The position numbers and the translations under genes were made by a program. Below the pieces are notes generated by a model. That model was given only the letters and a program-made list of their open reading frames with translations, was not told the DNA's origin and did not search any database. Source: Holophaga sp. (lineage in GTDB: Bacteria; Acidobacteriota; Holophagae; Holophagales; Holophagaceae). Taken from it: 64,000 nt of DNA. This document shows, piece after piece, positions 37,084-46,333 of the stretch. Location of the stretch: contig DAOPZL010000009.1 of assembly GCA_035353395.1 (NCBI GenBank), forward strand, positions 5,687 through 69,686, given 5' to 3'. The stretch's first letter is position 1. Every line of letters starts with the position of its first letter.

Positions 37084-37539
37084 TCAGCCCCGCCGCCGGT
37101 CGACGACCGAGGAAAGGACGAAGGCCGTGTTCGTGTCCGCCACGCCGGGCAGGTCCGCCAGGTGCGCCCAGATGGCGTTCACTCGCTCCTGGCTCTCCGC
37201 CTCGATGTGGACGATCAGGTCGGAATCGCCGCTCACGACGTAGCAGCATGTGACTTCGGGGATTCTCGCGATGGCGTCCGTGACCTCCGTGCCGCGCATC
37301 CGGTCCTTCCGGTAGACCCGGATGATGGCTCGTGCCGAGGCCCTTCCGCTGGGCACTTCGCCCACCCGGATGGTGTAGCCCCCGATCACCTTCCGGGCCT
37401 CGAGCCGGTCAATGCGGTGGCGCACGGCGTGCCGGGAGAGGTGCACGCGCTGGGCCAGCGTCGCGACGGGGATGCGCGCGTCCGCGAGGAGTTCCTCGAG
37501 GATCTTCCGGTCGATGGCATCGAGTTCTGCGGCGTTCAT
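37084..37539 (-). CDS. Lrp/AsnC-family transcriptional regulator
   Basis: This is the last 151 codons of track ORF 37084..39282, starting at ATG 37539 (MNAAELDAIDRKILEELLADARIPVATLAQRVHLSRHAVRHRIDRLE), plus a RAM domain. The upstream part of that ORF is antisense to thrC. The gene is divergent from thrC. Confidence 0.9.
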   Translation of the reverse strand: MNAAELDAIDRKILEELLADARIPVATLAQRVHLSRHAVRHRIDRLEARKVIGGYTIRVGEVPSGRASARAIIRVYRKDRMRGTEVTDAIARIPEVTCCYVVSGDSDLIVHIEAESQERVNAIWAHLADLPGVADTNTAFVLSSVVDRRRG

Positions 37540-37683
37540 GGGAGGGATCGCGGAAGGGTGCCACTTCGGCAGGCCCACCTTCCATAGTGACCAGGATCCG
37601 GCCCAAGTTCGAGCCTTCTGGCAGGCCATTCCGCCCGCCCGGATCGCTAAACTGGGGCAGCGAATCCGGAAGGGGTGACCGCC

Positions 37684-39090
37684 ATGCAGAACATCAGCAC
37701 GCGAGGGGGATGCGCCCCGGTGCCTTTCTCCAGGACCCTGCTGGGCGGGCTCGCGCCGGACGGCGGCCTCTTCCTGCCGGAGGCCTATCCCCGGGTCACG
37801 GACGAGGACCTGGCCCGCTGGCGGTCCCTGGACTATCCGGGGCTGGCCTTCGAGATCGTCCGCCGGTTCGCCACGGACATTCCCGAGGAGGACCTCCGGG
37901 CCCTGGTGTCCAGGACCTATACGGCCGGGACCTTCGGCAGTCCGGACATCGTGCCCCTGAGGACCCTGGAGCCCGGACTGCACATCCTGGGCCTGTCCAA
38001 CGGCCCCACCCTGGCGTTCAAGGACATCGCCCTGCAGCTGCTCGGGAACCTCTTCGAGTACGCCCTGGCCAGATCTGGCGAGGAGCTGAACATCCTTGGC
38101 GCGACCTCCGGGGACACGGGCTCCTCGGCGGAGTACGCCATGCGGGGCAAGAAGGGCATCCGGGTGTTCATGCTCTCGCCCCACGGCCGGATGAGCGCCT
38201 TCCAGCGGGCCCAGATGTACAGCCTGGCCGACCCGAACATCTTCAACCTGGCCATCGAGAGCATGTTCGACGACTGCCAGAACATCGTGAAGGCCGTCTC
38301 CAACGACCGCGCCTTCAAGGAGAAGTACCGGATCGGGACGGTGAACTCCATCAACTGGTCCCGCCTCATGGCCCAGGTGGTCTACTACTTCAAGGGCTAC
38401 TTCGCCGCGACCCGGTCCAACGACGAGCAGGTGTCCTTCGCGGTGCCCTCGGGGAACTTCGGGAACATCTGCGCCGGGCACGTGGCCCGGTGCATGGGGC
38501 TGCCCATCAGGCGCCTCGTCCTCGCCACCAACGAGAACGACGTCCTGGACGAGTTCTTCCGCACGGGGGTCTACAAACCCCGCTCCGCGGGCGATACCTT
38601 CGCCACCTCGAGCCCTTCCATGGACATCTCGAAGGCCTCGAACTTCGAGCGCTTCGTGTTCGACCTGGTGGGCCGCGACGCGGCCCTGGTCAAGGCCCTC
38701 TGGGCGGAGGTGGACGCGGGCAGGCCCTTCGATCTCTCCGGAACCCCGCATTTCGCGCGGATCGCCGACTTCGGCTTCGTGTCCGGGAAGAGCACCCATG
38801 CGGACCGGCTGGAGACCATCCGGCGGATCTGGGGGCGCCACGGGGTGGAGATCGACACCCACACGGCGGACGGGATCAAGGTGGGCCTCCAGCACCGGGA
38901 GGCCGGCGTGCCCCTGGTCTGCCTGGAAACGGCCCTCCCCGTCAAGTTCGAGGACACCATCCTGGAAGCCCTGGGGCGCAAGCCGGCCTGTCCCGCCCGG
39001 TTCCAGGATCTCGAACGGCGACCCCAGCACTTCACCGTTCTGCCCCCCGCGGTGGACCGCGTGAAGGCCTTCATCGAGGCCCATGCCTGA
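37684..39090 (+). CDS. thrC: threonine synthase
   Basis: Track ORF 37675..39090 (GTG), with ATG 37684 giving MQNISTRGG. LLGGLAPDGGLFLPE is present and the PLP-Lys region is GPTLAFKDIALQLLG. About 468 aa. Confidence 0.9.
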   Translation: MQNISTRGGCAPVPFSRTLLGGLAPDGGLFLPEAYPRVTDEDLARWRSLDYPGLAFEIVRRFATDIPEEDLRALVSRTYTAGTFGSPDIVPLRTLEPGLHILGLSNGPTLAFKDIALQLLGNLFEYALARSGEELNILGATSGDTGSSAEYAMRGKKGIRVFMLSPHGRMSAFQRAQMYSLADPNIFNLAIESMFDDCQNIVKAVSNDRAFKEKYRIGTVNSINWSRLMAQVVYYFKGYFAATRSNDEQVSFAVPSGNFGNICAGHVARCMGLPIRRLVLATNENDVLDEFFRTGVYKPRSAGDTFATSSPSMDISKASNFERFVFDLVGRDAALVKALWAEVDAGRPFDLSGTPHFARIADFGFVSGKSTHADRLETIRRIWGRHGVEIDTHTADGIKVGLQHREAGVPLVCLETALPVKFEDTILEALGRKPACPARFQDLERRPQHFTVLPPAVDRVKAFIEAHA

Positions 39091-40282
39091 CATGAAATAC
39101 GTGATCATCCTTCCCGACGGAGCCTCCGACGAGCCGCTGCCCGAGCTCGGAGGGCGGACGCCCCTGGAGGCCGCCCGCATTCCCCACATGGACGCCATCT
39201 CCCGCGCCGGCCGCCTGGGCCGCATCGTGACGATCCCCGAGGGCTTCCCCGCCGGGACGGACGCCGGAACCCTCACGCTCATGGGCTACGATCCGCGCAA
39301 GTACCACACTGGCCGCGCCCCCATGGAGGCCCTGGCCCAGCGGGTGAGCGCCTCCCCGGACCAGCTCATCTTCCGCTGCAACTTCGTGAACATCGCCGAC
39401 GGCCGGATGAAGGACTTCACCGCCGGGCACATCTCCCAGTCCGACGCCGCGGCCCTGATCGCCTCCCTCAACGAGGCCGTCTTCCCCGGCGAGACCTGCG
39501 CCTTCCACACCGGGGTCTCCTACCGCAACCTGCTGCTGCTCTCCGGCGCCGCGGACATGACGGTGGAATGCCAGCCTCCCCACGACATCACCGGCGAGCG
39601 CGTGGATGCCTACTGGCCCAAGGGGGAGGGAGGGGACCGCGTGGCCGGGATCATGCGGCGCGCGGCGGAGGTGCTGGCCGACCACCCCGTCAACCAGCGC
39701 CGCCGGGCGAGGGGCGAGGCGTGGGCCACGAACATCTGGCTCTGGGGGCAGGGCACGCCGATGAAGCTGGAGACCCTGCAGGCCCGGTTCGGGCTCAGGG
39801 GCGCGGCGATCACCGCCGTGGACATCATCCGGGGCATCGCCCTGGGCATGGGCATGGACCTCGTCGAGGTGCCCGGCGCCACGGGCTACATCGACACGGA
39901 CTACGACGGCAAGGGCCGCGCGGCCCTCGAGGCCCTGGACCGCTACGACGTGGTGGTCGTGCACGTGGAGGCGCCGGACGAGGCCGCCCACCAGGGGATG
40001 GCGGAAGAGAAGGCGAGATCCCTGGCGCGCATCGACGAGGCCATCGTGGGGCCGCTCCTGGCCAAGCTCCGGACGATGGGGGACTACCGCATCCTCATCG
40101 CCCCCGACCATGCCACCCTGGTGCGGACCAAGGGCCACCATCCGGAGCCGCCGCCTTTCTGCTATGCGGGAACAGGGGTCGGGCCCGGGTCCGGCAGGGC
40201 TTTCACTGAGCGCGAGGCCGCGGCCTGCGGCCTGATGCTGGATCCTGGCCACACGCTCCTGGAGCGGTTCCTGCGTCCGTAG
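39083..40282 (+). CDS. cofactor-independent phosphoglycerate-mutase-like metalloenzyme (ApgM family; 'proposed homoserine kinase' subgroup)
   Basis: Track ORF of 399 aa overlapping the thrC end by 8 nt. MKYVIILPDGASDEP..GRTPLE is present, and the alkaline-phosphatase-superfamily metal motif is VVVHVEAPDEAAHQG. Confidence 0.85.
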   Translation: MPDMKYVIILPDGASDEPLPELGGRTPLEAARIPHMDAISRAGRLGRIVTIPEGFPAGTDAGTLTLMGYDPRKYHTGRAPMEALAQRVSASPDQLIFRCNFVNIADGRMKDFTAGHISQSDAAALIASLNEAVFPGETCAFHTGVSYRNLLLLSGAADMTVECQPPHDITGERVDAYWPKGEGGDRVAGIMRRAAEVLADHPVNQRRRARGEAWATNIWLWGQGTPMKLETLQARFGLRGAAITAVDIIRGIALGMGMDLVEVPGATGYIDTDYDGKGRAALEALDRYDVVVVHVEAPDEAAHQGMAEEKARSLARIDEAIVGPLLAKLRTMGDYRILIAPDHATLVRTKGHHPEPPPFCYAGTGVGPGSGRAFTEREAAACGLMLDPGHTLLERFLRP

Positions 40283-40285
40283 GGA

Positions 40286-41053
40286 TCAGCCCAGGAAGTA
40301 GGCGAGGATCGCCGCCGTGAAGACGCCGGGCAGCATGTTGCCCACCGGAAGGCGCCGGATGCCCATGAGGTCGATGCCGATCGCGGCGATGAGCAGGCCG
40401 CCCGTGGCGGTGAGCGTGGCGAGGACGGGGAGGGTGAGGTAGGGGGCGACGCCCTGGGCCGCCAGGGTGATCCCGCCCTGGTAGAGGACAAGGGGGATGG
40501 CGGAGAGCGCGACACCGAGGCCGAGGGTGCTGGCGAGCACGACGGAGCCGATGCCGTCCAGCATCGCCTTGACGTAGAGGACGTGGGGCTGTCCGGCGGC
40601 GTCCTGGATCGGGCCGATCACGGCCATGGCGCCGATGCAGTAGACGAGCGAGGCGGTCACGAAGCCCTCGATGAGATTGTGGCTTCCCGTGTCCGGAGTC
40701 CCCCCCTTCGCCGGCGAGGCCTGGAACTTGGCGGTGATCCGGTGCAGATACTGTCCGAAGGACTCAAGACGCCGCTCGATGTGGAGCAGCTCTCCGAGGA
40801 TGCTCCCGCTGACCATGCCCCCGATCACGATCAGCAGGTTGGGCCGGTAGGGCATCGGCCCCGCATAGGGGATCTGAGTCTGCTCGATGTGGGGATCCAG
40901 GGCCATCTGCATGCCCATGCAGAAGACCGTCAGGCCGATGGCGTACATCGTGGTCGTGCGGATGCGTTCCGGAATGAACCGGCCGAAGAAGAGGCCGAAG
41001 GACGCGCCGAACAGGATCGCCGCGGCATTGACGAGGGTTCCGATACCTGGCAT
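40286..41053 (-). CDS. DUF554-family integral membrane protein
   Basis: Track ORF 40286..41128 trimmed to ATG 41053 (MPGIGTLVNAAAILFGASFG). It is polytopic, with the YdfK/YqgA-like pattern. Confidence 0.75.
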   Translation of the reverse strand: MPGIGTLVNAAAILFGASFGLFFGRFIPERIRTTTMYAIGLTVFCMGMQMALDPHIEQTQIPYAGPMPYRPNLLIVIGGMVSGSILGELLHIERRLESFGQYLHRITAKFQASPAKGGTPDTGSHNLIEGFVTASLVYCIGAMAVIGPIQDAAGQPHVLYVKAMLDGIGSVVLASTLGLGVALSAIPLVLYQGGITLAAQGVAPYLTLPVLATLTATGGLLIAAIGIDLMGIRRLPVGNMLPGVFTAAILAYFLG

Positions 41054-41166
41054 TCGTGGCTCCCTGGAGGCGGTCGCCGCTCGCAGGACACCCTGATCGG
41101 CCCGCCGTCCAGGACACAAGTGTACCAAGGCTGACGGAAGCTATAGCGCCATCACGATTTCTGATG

Positions 41167-41643
41167 CTAGGCCGTCTCGCTGAGGTTCACGACCCGCCCG
41201 CCCGTGATCCGGGCAAGCTGGTCGAGGGTGGTCGGCACGCCCGTCGCGTCCGTCCCGGCGGCAGGATAGACGGTCCCCAGGTCACCCAGGGCCTCGTCGA
41301 GCAGGATCTCCACCCCCTCCAGGCCGAAGGGGCACACCCCGCCGGGCCGGAAGCCCGTGACGTGCTCGGTCTCGTCGGCGGTGGTCATGGAAACCTTCGC
41401 GCCGATGACCCGCTTGAGGACGCCGGAGGAGAGGCGCTTGTCGCCCGGGCACACCACCATGTGGTAGGTTCCGCCCTTGCTCTTGAAGAGCAGGGACTTG
41501 GCGATCCGGGCGTTCTCCACGCCCAGGCGCCGGGCCGCCATCTCGACGGTCGGCGTGCTGCCGGGTTCGAACTCGAGGGCGCTGAGGCCGTGGGCCTGGA
41601 GGATCTGCAGGACTTTTTCGGGAATCATGAGGTTTCCAGCCAT
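41167..41643 (-). CDS. YbaK/ProX-type aminoacyl-tRNA deacylase domain protein
   Basis: Track ORF of 158 aa. Motifs: IAKSLLFKSKGG..HMVVCPGDKRL..TGFRPGGVCPFG. Confidence 0.85.
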   Translation of the reverse strand: MAGNLMIPEKVLQILQAHGLSALEFEPGSTPTVEMAARRLGVENARIAKSLLFKSKGGTYHMVVCPGDKRLSSGVLKRVIGAKVSMTTADETEHVTGFRPGGVCPFGLEGVEILLDEALGDLGTVYPAAGTDATGVPTTLDQLARITGGRVVNLSETA

Positions 41644-41644
41644 T

Positions 41645-41670
41645 AAAAAACAGCCCCGCGGACGGGGCTG
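41645..41670 (-). terminator. rho-independent terminator after the kor-GNAT operon
   Basis: Read on the minus strand: CAGCCCCG-TCCG-CGGGGCTG followed by TTTTTT. That is an 8-bp GC stem (41651-58 with 41663-70), a 4-nt loop and a U-tract at 41645-50. It lies 19 nt downstream of the GNAT stop and ends 2 nt before the annotated ybaK-like ATG. Confidence 0.7.
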
Positions 41671-41688
41671 TTGGGGTGCGGAGACGGA

Positions 41689-42285
41689 CTAGTCTCTATG
41701 GGGTTGGTAGTCCTGCACCATGGTCTCCATGGCCGCCCAGATCTGGGAGACATCGTTGGCCATGATGATCAGGTCGCGCTTGGTCCCGCTGATGTCCTTG
41801 ACGTGGCGCGGAAGGACGGCCTCCTTCTGGAAACCGAGCTTCTCGAAGGTCCGGCGGGAGCCGAGCTGGTTCTCGACCATGTTCACGAGGAGCTTCTCGA
41901 TGCCGATGTCCGTGGCGATCTTCACCAGGGTTCCGGCCATGGCCAGCCCCAGTCCCTGCCTGCGGTGGGAGCGGGCGATGGTGAGGCGGATCTCGCCCAC
42001 GTGCTTCGTCCAGCCATGGAGGGTCCGGTAGAGGGAGGCCTCTCCCACCACCTTGTCCCCGTCCTTCGCCACGAGGCAGACGATTTCCTTGGTGGCCACC
42101 TTGCGCAGGAAGCGATCCGCCCATTCCTTGGTGGTCACGTCGTCCTTCAGGACCTCGCGGTCCTGCTCGGGCAGCGTTCGGTAGAACTCGACCAGGCCGA
42201 GGCAGTCGGAGACTTCCAGCATCAGAAGCTCGATGGTCCTGCCGTCCTGGAGCGTGACGGTCCTGGGGAGAGTGCTGGCGGCCAT
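41689..42285 (-). CDS. GNAT-family N-acetyltransferase
   Basis: This is the last 198 codons of track ORF 41689..42777, starting at ATG 42285. The acetyl-CoA binding motif is RSHRRQGLGLAMAG, followed by FEKLGF. Confidence 0.8.
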   Translation of the reverse strand: MAASTLPRTVTLQDGRTIELLMLEVSDCLGLVEFYRTLPEQDREVLKDDVTTKEWADRFLRKVATKEIVCLVAKDGDKVVGEASLYRTLHGWTKHVGEIRLTIARSHRRQGLGLAMAGTLVKIATDIGIEKLLVNMVENQLGSRRTFEKLGFQKEAVLPRHVKDISGTKRDLIIMANDVSQIWAAMETMVQDYQPHRD

Positions 42286-42293
42286 GGGGACTC

Positions 42294-42863
42294 CTATTTC
42301 AGTTGAGTCGAGTGCTCTCTTCCGTAATCGTAACCTTTCTTGAGGGCCTTGAGATTCAGCTCCTCGGTTCCCTTGGGCACGGAGGACTTGACGGCCTGCT
42401 CGATGGCTTCCCAGGAGACCAGGCCGGTGGCGCCGGCGAAGAATCCGACCATGACGATGTTCAGCACCAGGCGCCGGCCCAGTTCCTCGGCGAAGCGGGT
42501 CGCGGGAATGCCCACGGCCTTGGCGCCCTTGGGCAGCTTGCCGTCCAGCGCCACGAGTTCCTCCTCGTAGAGGACGAGGCCTTCGGGTTTCAACTGGGGG
42601 ATGAACTGGTTGTAGGCGTCCTGGGACATGAGGACCAGGATGTCCGGGGTCTTCACGTAGGGGTAGCCGATCGCCTCGTCGGAGAGGATCACCTGCGCGC
42701 TGCAGGCGCTGCCCCGGGCCTCGGGGCCGAAGGCCTGGATCAGGGTGGCCTGCTTGCCGCCGAAGATGCTGGCGCACTTTCCGATAATCGACGCGCAGAG
42801 GATGACGCCCTGCCCGCCCAGGCCGCCTAAGCGGATTTCAGTCTTGGCCATCGGTGACTCCAT
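42294..42863 (-). CDS. korC: 2-oxoacid:ferredoxin oxidoreductase, gamma subunit
   Basis: Track ORF of 189 aa. It reads IRLGGLGGQGVILCASIIG. ATG 42851 is an alternative start. Substrate (pyruvate or 2-oxoglutarate) cannot be determined. Confidence 0.85.
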   Translation of the reverse strand: MESPMAKTEIRLGGLGGQGVILCASIIGKCASIFGGKQATLIQAFGPEARGSACSAQVILSDEAIGYPYVKTPDILVLMSQDAYNQFIPQLKPEGLVLYEEELVALDGKLPKGAKAVGIPATRFAEELGRRLVLNIVMVGFFAGATGLVSWEAIEQAVKSSVPKGTEELNLKALKKGYDYGREHSTQLK

Positions 42864-43746
42864 AGGGCGTGAACTTGTCGCCCAGAACTTTGGTGTAGTG
42901 TTCGTTCATGGAATCCATCCATGTGGAACGCTCGCGGTCCACGAACTTGCCCACGACGATGTCGCCCTGGTAGGTCAGGCCCACATCCTTCGTATCGGCG
43001 CCGTTCTTCACGATGCTGCGCTCCTTGTAGTACTTCACCTGGTCCACGCCGTCGCCCAGGCGGTTGCGCCGGGAGTAGAGGGTGGGGCAGGGGGACATGG
43101 CCTCGATGAAGACGAAGCCTTTCTTCTGGAGGCCTTCCTTCATGGCCTTGGCCAGCTGCCGGACGTGGTAGATCGTCCAGCGGGCCACGTAGACCGCGCC
43201 GCAGGCGTTGGCCAGGGCGGGAAGGTTGAAGGAACTCTCGAAGTTGCCGTAGGGCATCGTGGTCTGGGTCGGGCCGGTGGGCGTCGTGGGCGCCACCTGG
43301 CCTCCGGTCATGCCGTAGGTGAAGTTGTTCACGCAGACCACCATGAGGTCCATGTTGCGCCGGGCGGCGTGCAGGAAATGGTTGCCGCCGATGGCGGAGA
43401 GGTCGCCGTCGCCCGAGTAGACGACCACCTTCAGCCTGGGATTCGCCAGCTTCAGGCCCGTCGCGAAGGGGATCGCGCGGCCGTGGGTCGTGTGGAAGCT
43501 GTCCAGGTTCAGGTAGCCGGCCGTGCGGCCCGTGCAGCCGATGCCCGAGACGATGGCGATGTCGTCCATGTCCAGGCCGGAGTCCTGCAGGGCCCGCGTG
43601 AAGCAGTTCATGGTGGTTCCGATGCCGCAGCCGGGGCACCAGATGTGGGGCAGGCGGTCCTGCCTCAGATAGGGGAGCACCTGGTTCCCGAGGCCGAGTT
43701 CGCGTTCGAGGTCCTGCTCCAGTTCCTTGCCCATTCCTTCGCTCAT
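42838..43746 (-). CDS. korB: 2-oxoacid:ferredoxin oxidoreductase, beta (TPP-binding) subunit
   Basis: Track ORF of 302 aa. It has WCPGCGIG and the TPP motif VVYSGDGDLSAIGGNHFLHAARRN. Confidence 0.9.
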   Translation of the reverse strand: MSEGMGKELEQDLERELGLGNQVLPYLRQDRLPHIWCPGCGIGTTMNCFTRALQDSGLDMDDIAIVSGIGCTGRTAGYLNLDSFHTTHGRAIPFATGLKLANPRLKVVVYSGDGDLSAIGGNHFLHAARRNMDLMVVCVNNFTYGMTGGQVAPTTPTGPTQTTMPYGNFESSFNLPALANACGAVYVARWTIYHVRQLAKAMKEGLQKKGFVFIEAMSPCPTLYSRRNRLGDGVDQVKYYKERSIVKNGADTKDVGLTYQGDIVVGKFVDRERSTWMDSMNEHYTKVLGDKFTPYGVTDGQD

Positions 43747-44903
43747 CGCGCCGCCTCCATGATCTTTTCCAGAATCACACCAGGTTCATGGACAGTGCCG
43801 CCGGCGTGGGTGACCGGGACGACCTTGGCGGATCCCGCGACCGCCCTCTCCACTTCGAGTACCATCTGGCCGAGGTTGATCTCGGGCACCACGAAGGCCT
43901 TCGCCTTCTTCGCGATCTCCTTGATCCGCTTGGCCGGGAAGGGCCAGCAGATGACCATGCGCAGGTGGCCCACCTTCAGCCCCTTGGCCCGGGCCTGGGC
44001 CACGGCCGCCATCGCCACGCGGGAGGTGATGCCGTAGGAGACTACGACCACGTCGGCGCCTTCCACGCCGTCCTCGCGGACGTCCACGAGCTGGTCGGCA
44101 TTGTCGCGGATCTTGTTGTTCAGGCGCTTGACGAGCTTCTCCTGGGTCGCCACGGTCATGTTCGGGTAGCCGCGCTCGTCGTGGGTGAGGCCGGTGACGT
44201 GGATGCGGTGGCCGTCGCCCGCCTTGGTCATGTACGGGACCGGGTCCTCGGCGGTGGTCTCGTAGGGCTTGTACTCGCCGGGCTCCTTCGTCGTCCACTT
44301 GCGTTCGACGATCTCGATCTTGTCGGCCGAGGGGATCTCGACGCGCTCGGTCATGTGGCCCACGACCTCGTCCATCATGAAGAACACCGGGACGCGCCAG
44401 GTCTCGGTCAGGTTGAAGGCCTTGATCATCAGGTCGAAGCATTCCTGGGGGGAATTGGGGGACAGGGCGATCACCTCGAAGTCGCCGTGGGAGCCCCACT
44501 TGGCCTGCATCATGTCGGCCTGGGCGGGCGCCGTGGGGAGCCCGGTGGAGGGGCCGCCGCGCTGCACGTTCACCCAGACGCTGGGCGTCTCGGTCATGAA
44601 GGCGTAGCCCAGGTGCTCCATCATGAGGGAGATGCCGGGGCCGCTGGACACCGACATGACCTTCTTCCCGCCCCAGACCGCCCCCTGGATGGTGATGGAC
44701 GCCGCGAGCTCGTCCTCCATCTGGATGAACAGGCCGCCCACGGTGGGGATGCGGGATGCGAAACGCTCCACGATCTCCGTCGAAGGGGTGATGGGATAGC
44801 CGGCCACGAAGCGGCAGCCAGCCGCCAGGGCCCCTTCACAGGCGGCGTGATCGCCGTCGATGAAGTGGATGCCCGTGAGAACTCCTTTAGGATCCGCTTG
44901 CAA
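43743..44903 (-). CDS. korA: 2-oxoacid:ferredoxin oxidoreductase, alpha subunit
   Basis: Track ORF 43743..45302 trimmed to TTG 44903, which is preceded by GGAGG at 5 nt. The product begins MQADPKGVLTGIHFIDGDHAACEGALAAGCRFVAGYPITPSTEI. The longer form would run through the ferredoxin-subunit gene. Confidence 0.9.
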   Translation of the reverse strand: MQADPKGVLTGIHFIDGDHAACEGALAAGCRFVAGYPITPSTEIVERFASRIPTVGGLFIQMEDELAASITIQGAVWGGKKVMSVSSGPGISLMMEHLGYAFMTETPSVWVNVQRGGPSTGLPTAPAQADMMQAKWGSHGDFEVIALSPNSPQECFDLMIKAFNLTETWRVPVFFMMDEVVGHMTERVEIPSADKIEIVERKWTTKEPGEYKPYETTAEDPVPYMTKAGDGHRIHVTGLTHDERGYPNMTVATQEKLVKRLNNKIRDNADQLVDVREDGVEGADVVVVSYGITSRVAMAAVAQARAKGLKVGHLRMVICWPFPAKRIKEIAKKAKAFVVPEINLGQMVLEVERAVAGSAKVVPVTHAGGTVHEPGVILEKIMEAAR

Positions 44904-44953
44904 GGTTACCTCCGTCGTTCCATGTACACACCGTTCCCATGTCAGAGCCGCGA

Positions 44954-45244
44954 CTACTTCGCGGAAGCTTCCGCGGCCGCCGCCGCCTTCTGGCGCTTCT
45001 CTTCGATGTCCTTCCAGCGCACGCCGTAGATCGCGAAGTCGGGGCAGTAGAGTCCGCAGAGATCGCATCCCGTGCAGTCCTCGGGACGGGCGAGCGTCGG
45101 GTAGTGGTAGCCCTTCGCGTTGAAATCCCTGGAGAAATCCAGGGAGTGTGTCGGGCAGAAGGTGATGCAGTAGGAACATCCCTTGCACACCTCGGCCCTT
45201 ACGAAGACAGTGCCCTTGCCTTTCTTTGGTTCGTTGCCGGTCAT
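44954..45244 (-). CDS. korD: 4Fe-4S dicluster ferredoxin-type delta subunit of the oxidoreductase
   Basis: Track ORF of 96 aa with two cluster motifs, CKGCSYCITFCP and CTGCDLCGLYCP. Confidence 0.85.
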   Translation of the reverse strand: MTGNEPKKGKGTVFVRAEVCKGCSYCITFCPTHSLDFSRDFNAKGYHYPTLARPEDCTGCDLCGLYCPDFAIYGVRWKDIEEKRQKAAAAAEASAK

Positions 45245-45334
45245 ATAGTTTGGCCCCCTCGCCGATGCGGAAAATCCTACACCCGACCTGAAAGGTCAAC
45301 AAGCTCGAAAAGGGAAAAAGTTTTTCGAAATATC

Positions 45335-45348
45335 GATGTAATTACATC
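45335..45348. promoter_or_regulatory. perfect 14-bp palindrome GATGTAATTACATC upstream of the kor operon (candidate operator)
   Basis: Read directly. It sits in the AT-richer 156-nt spacer between the sdaAA stop (45401) and the korD start (45244), about 90 nt upstream of korD. The regulatory role is inferred only. Confidence 0.35.
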
Positions 45349-45400
45349 ATTTAATTGAGTTACACGACAGAATCGATAAGAAGAAATTTGTTCACGAAAC

Positions 45401-46330
45401 TTACGCATGCTTGTTTTGTTGACAATATGCAAAAGATATTCCCGGTTCCGTTTCCGCCTCGAGGCCCGGACTTGCAGCTTTCACGGGCAGGAGAGCCAAG
45501 CCCCCGCGGGCCGTTTCGCGAAACTCTTCCGGTAACCGCCTCCCCACCTTTCCCATGGTCTCGATGACTTCGTCCGCAGAAAAAAGGCTTTCACAGCCGG
45601 CGAGGGCCATTTCCGCTGACAGGACCGCATTGCTCGCGCCCAGCGCGTTGCGCTTCACGCAGGGGACCTCCACGAGGCCCCGCACCGGATCGCAGATCAG
45701 GCCCAGGATGTTGCCGAGGGCGAAGGCCACGGCGCTTCCGGCCTGGGCCGGCGATCCTCCCATCATCTCGACCAGCGCGCCGGCGGCCATGGCCGAGGCC
45801 GAGCCGACCTCCGCCTGGCAGCCGCCTTCCGCCCCGCTGAGCGACGCGGAACGCTCGATGACGAGGCCGATGCCTCCGGCGGTGAAGAAGGCCTCCACGA
45901 GCCGCTCTTCCGCGATCCCGCGCGCCTCGGCCACCGTGAAGAGGGCGGCCGGAAGGACGCCGCAGGAGCCGGCCGTGGGGGCCGCGACGATCCGGCCCAT
46001 GCATGCGTTGACCTCCGCGACGGCCATGGCCGCAGCCACCAGGCGCGAGAAGTCCGCCCCGAGCAGGGAGCCGCCCCCCGCGGCCCAGTCCGTGATCCGG
46101 TGGGCCTCGCCGGAGATCAGCCCGCTGCGGGAACGCTGGGGGGATTCGAGTCCCCGGGCGAGGGCCTGGCGCATGACCCCGATGCGCGCGCGCATGAGGT
46201 CCCGAAGCTCCGTCTCCGGCTTCCCGGACTCGCGCGCCTCGTCCCGCAGGAAGACGCCGGAGAGCGGTCCTCCCGCCTCCTCGGCCACGGCGATGGTGCG
46301 CCCCAGGGAGCCTTCCTTCCCCTTCTGCAT
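45401..46330 (-). CDS. sdaAA: L-serine ammonia-lyase (Fe-S dependent), alpha subunit
   Basis: Track ORF of 309 aa. The SDH_alpha pattern is present: VAEVNACMGRIVAAPTAGSCGVLPAAL..GGCQAEVGSASAMAA. Confidence 0.9.
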   Translation of the reverse strand: MQKGKEGSLGRTIAVAEEAGGPLSGVFLRDEARESGKPETELRDLMRARIGVMRQALARGLESPQRSRSGLISGEAHRITDWAAGGGSLLGADFSRLVAAAMAVAEVNACMGRIVAAPTAGSCGVLPAALFTVAEARGIAEERLVEAFFTAGGIGLVIERSASLSGAEGGCQAEVGSASAMAAGALVEMMGGSPAQAGSAVAFALGNILGLICDPVRGLVEVPCVKRNALGASNAVLSAEMALAGCESLFSADEVIETMGKVGRRLPEEFRETARGGLALLPVKAASPGLEAETEPGISFAYCQQNKHA

Positions 46331-46333
46331 GAT

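Noticed and set aside
37540-39282. Upstream 580 codons of the 732-aa minus ORF 37084..39282
   Set aside because: Only the last 151 codons (the Lrp/AsnC regulator, start 37539) show protein-like sequence. The remainder is antisense to thrC.
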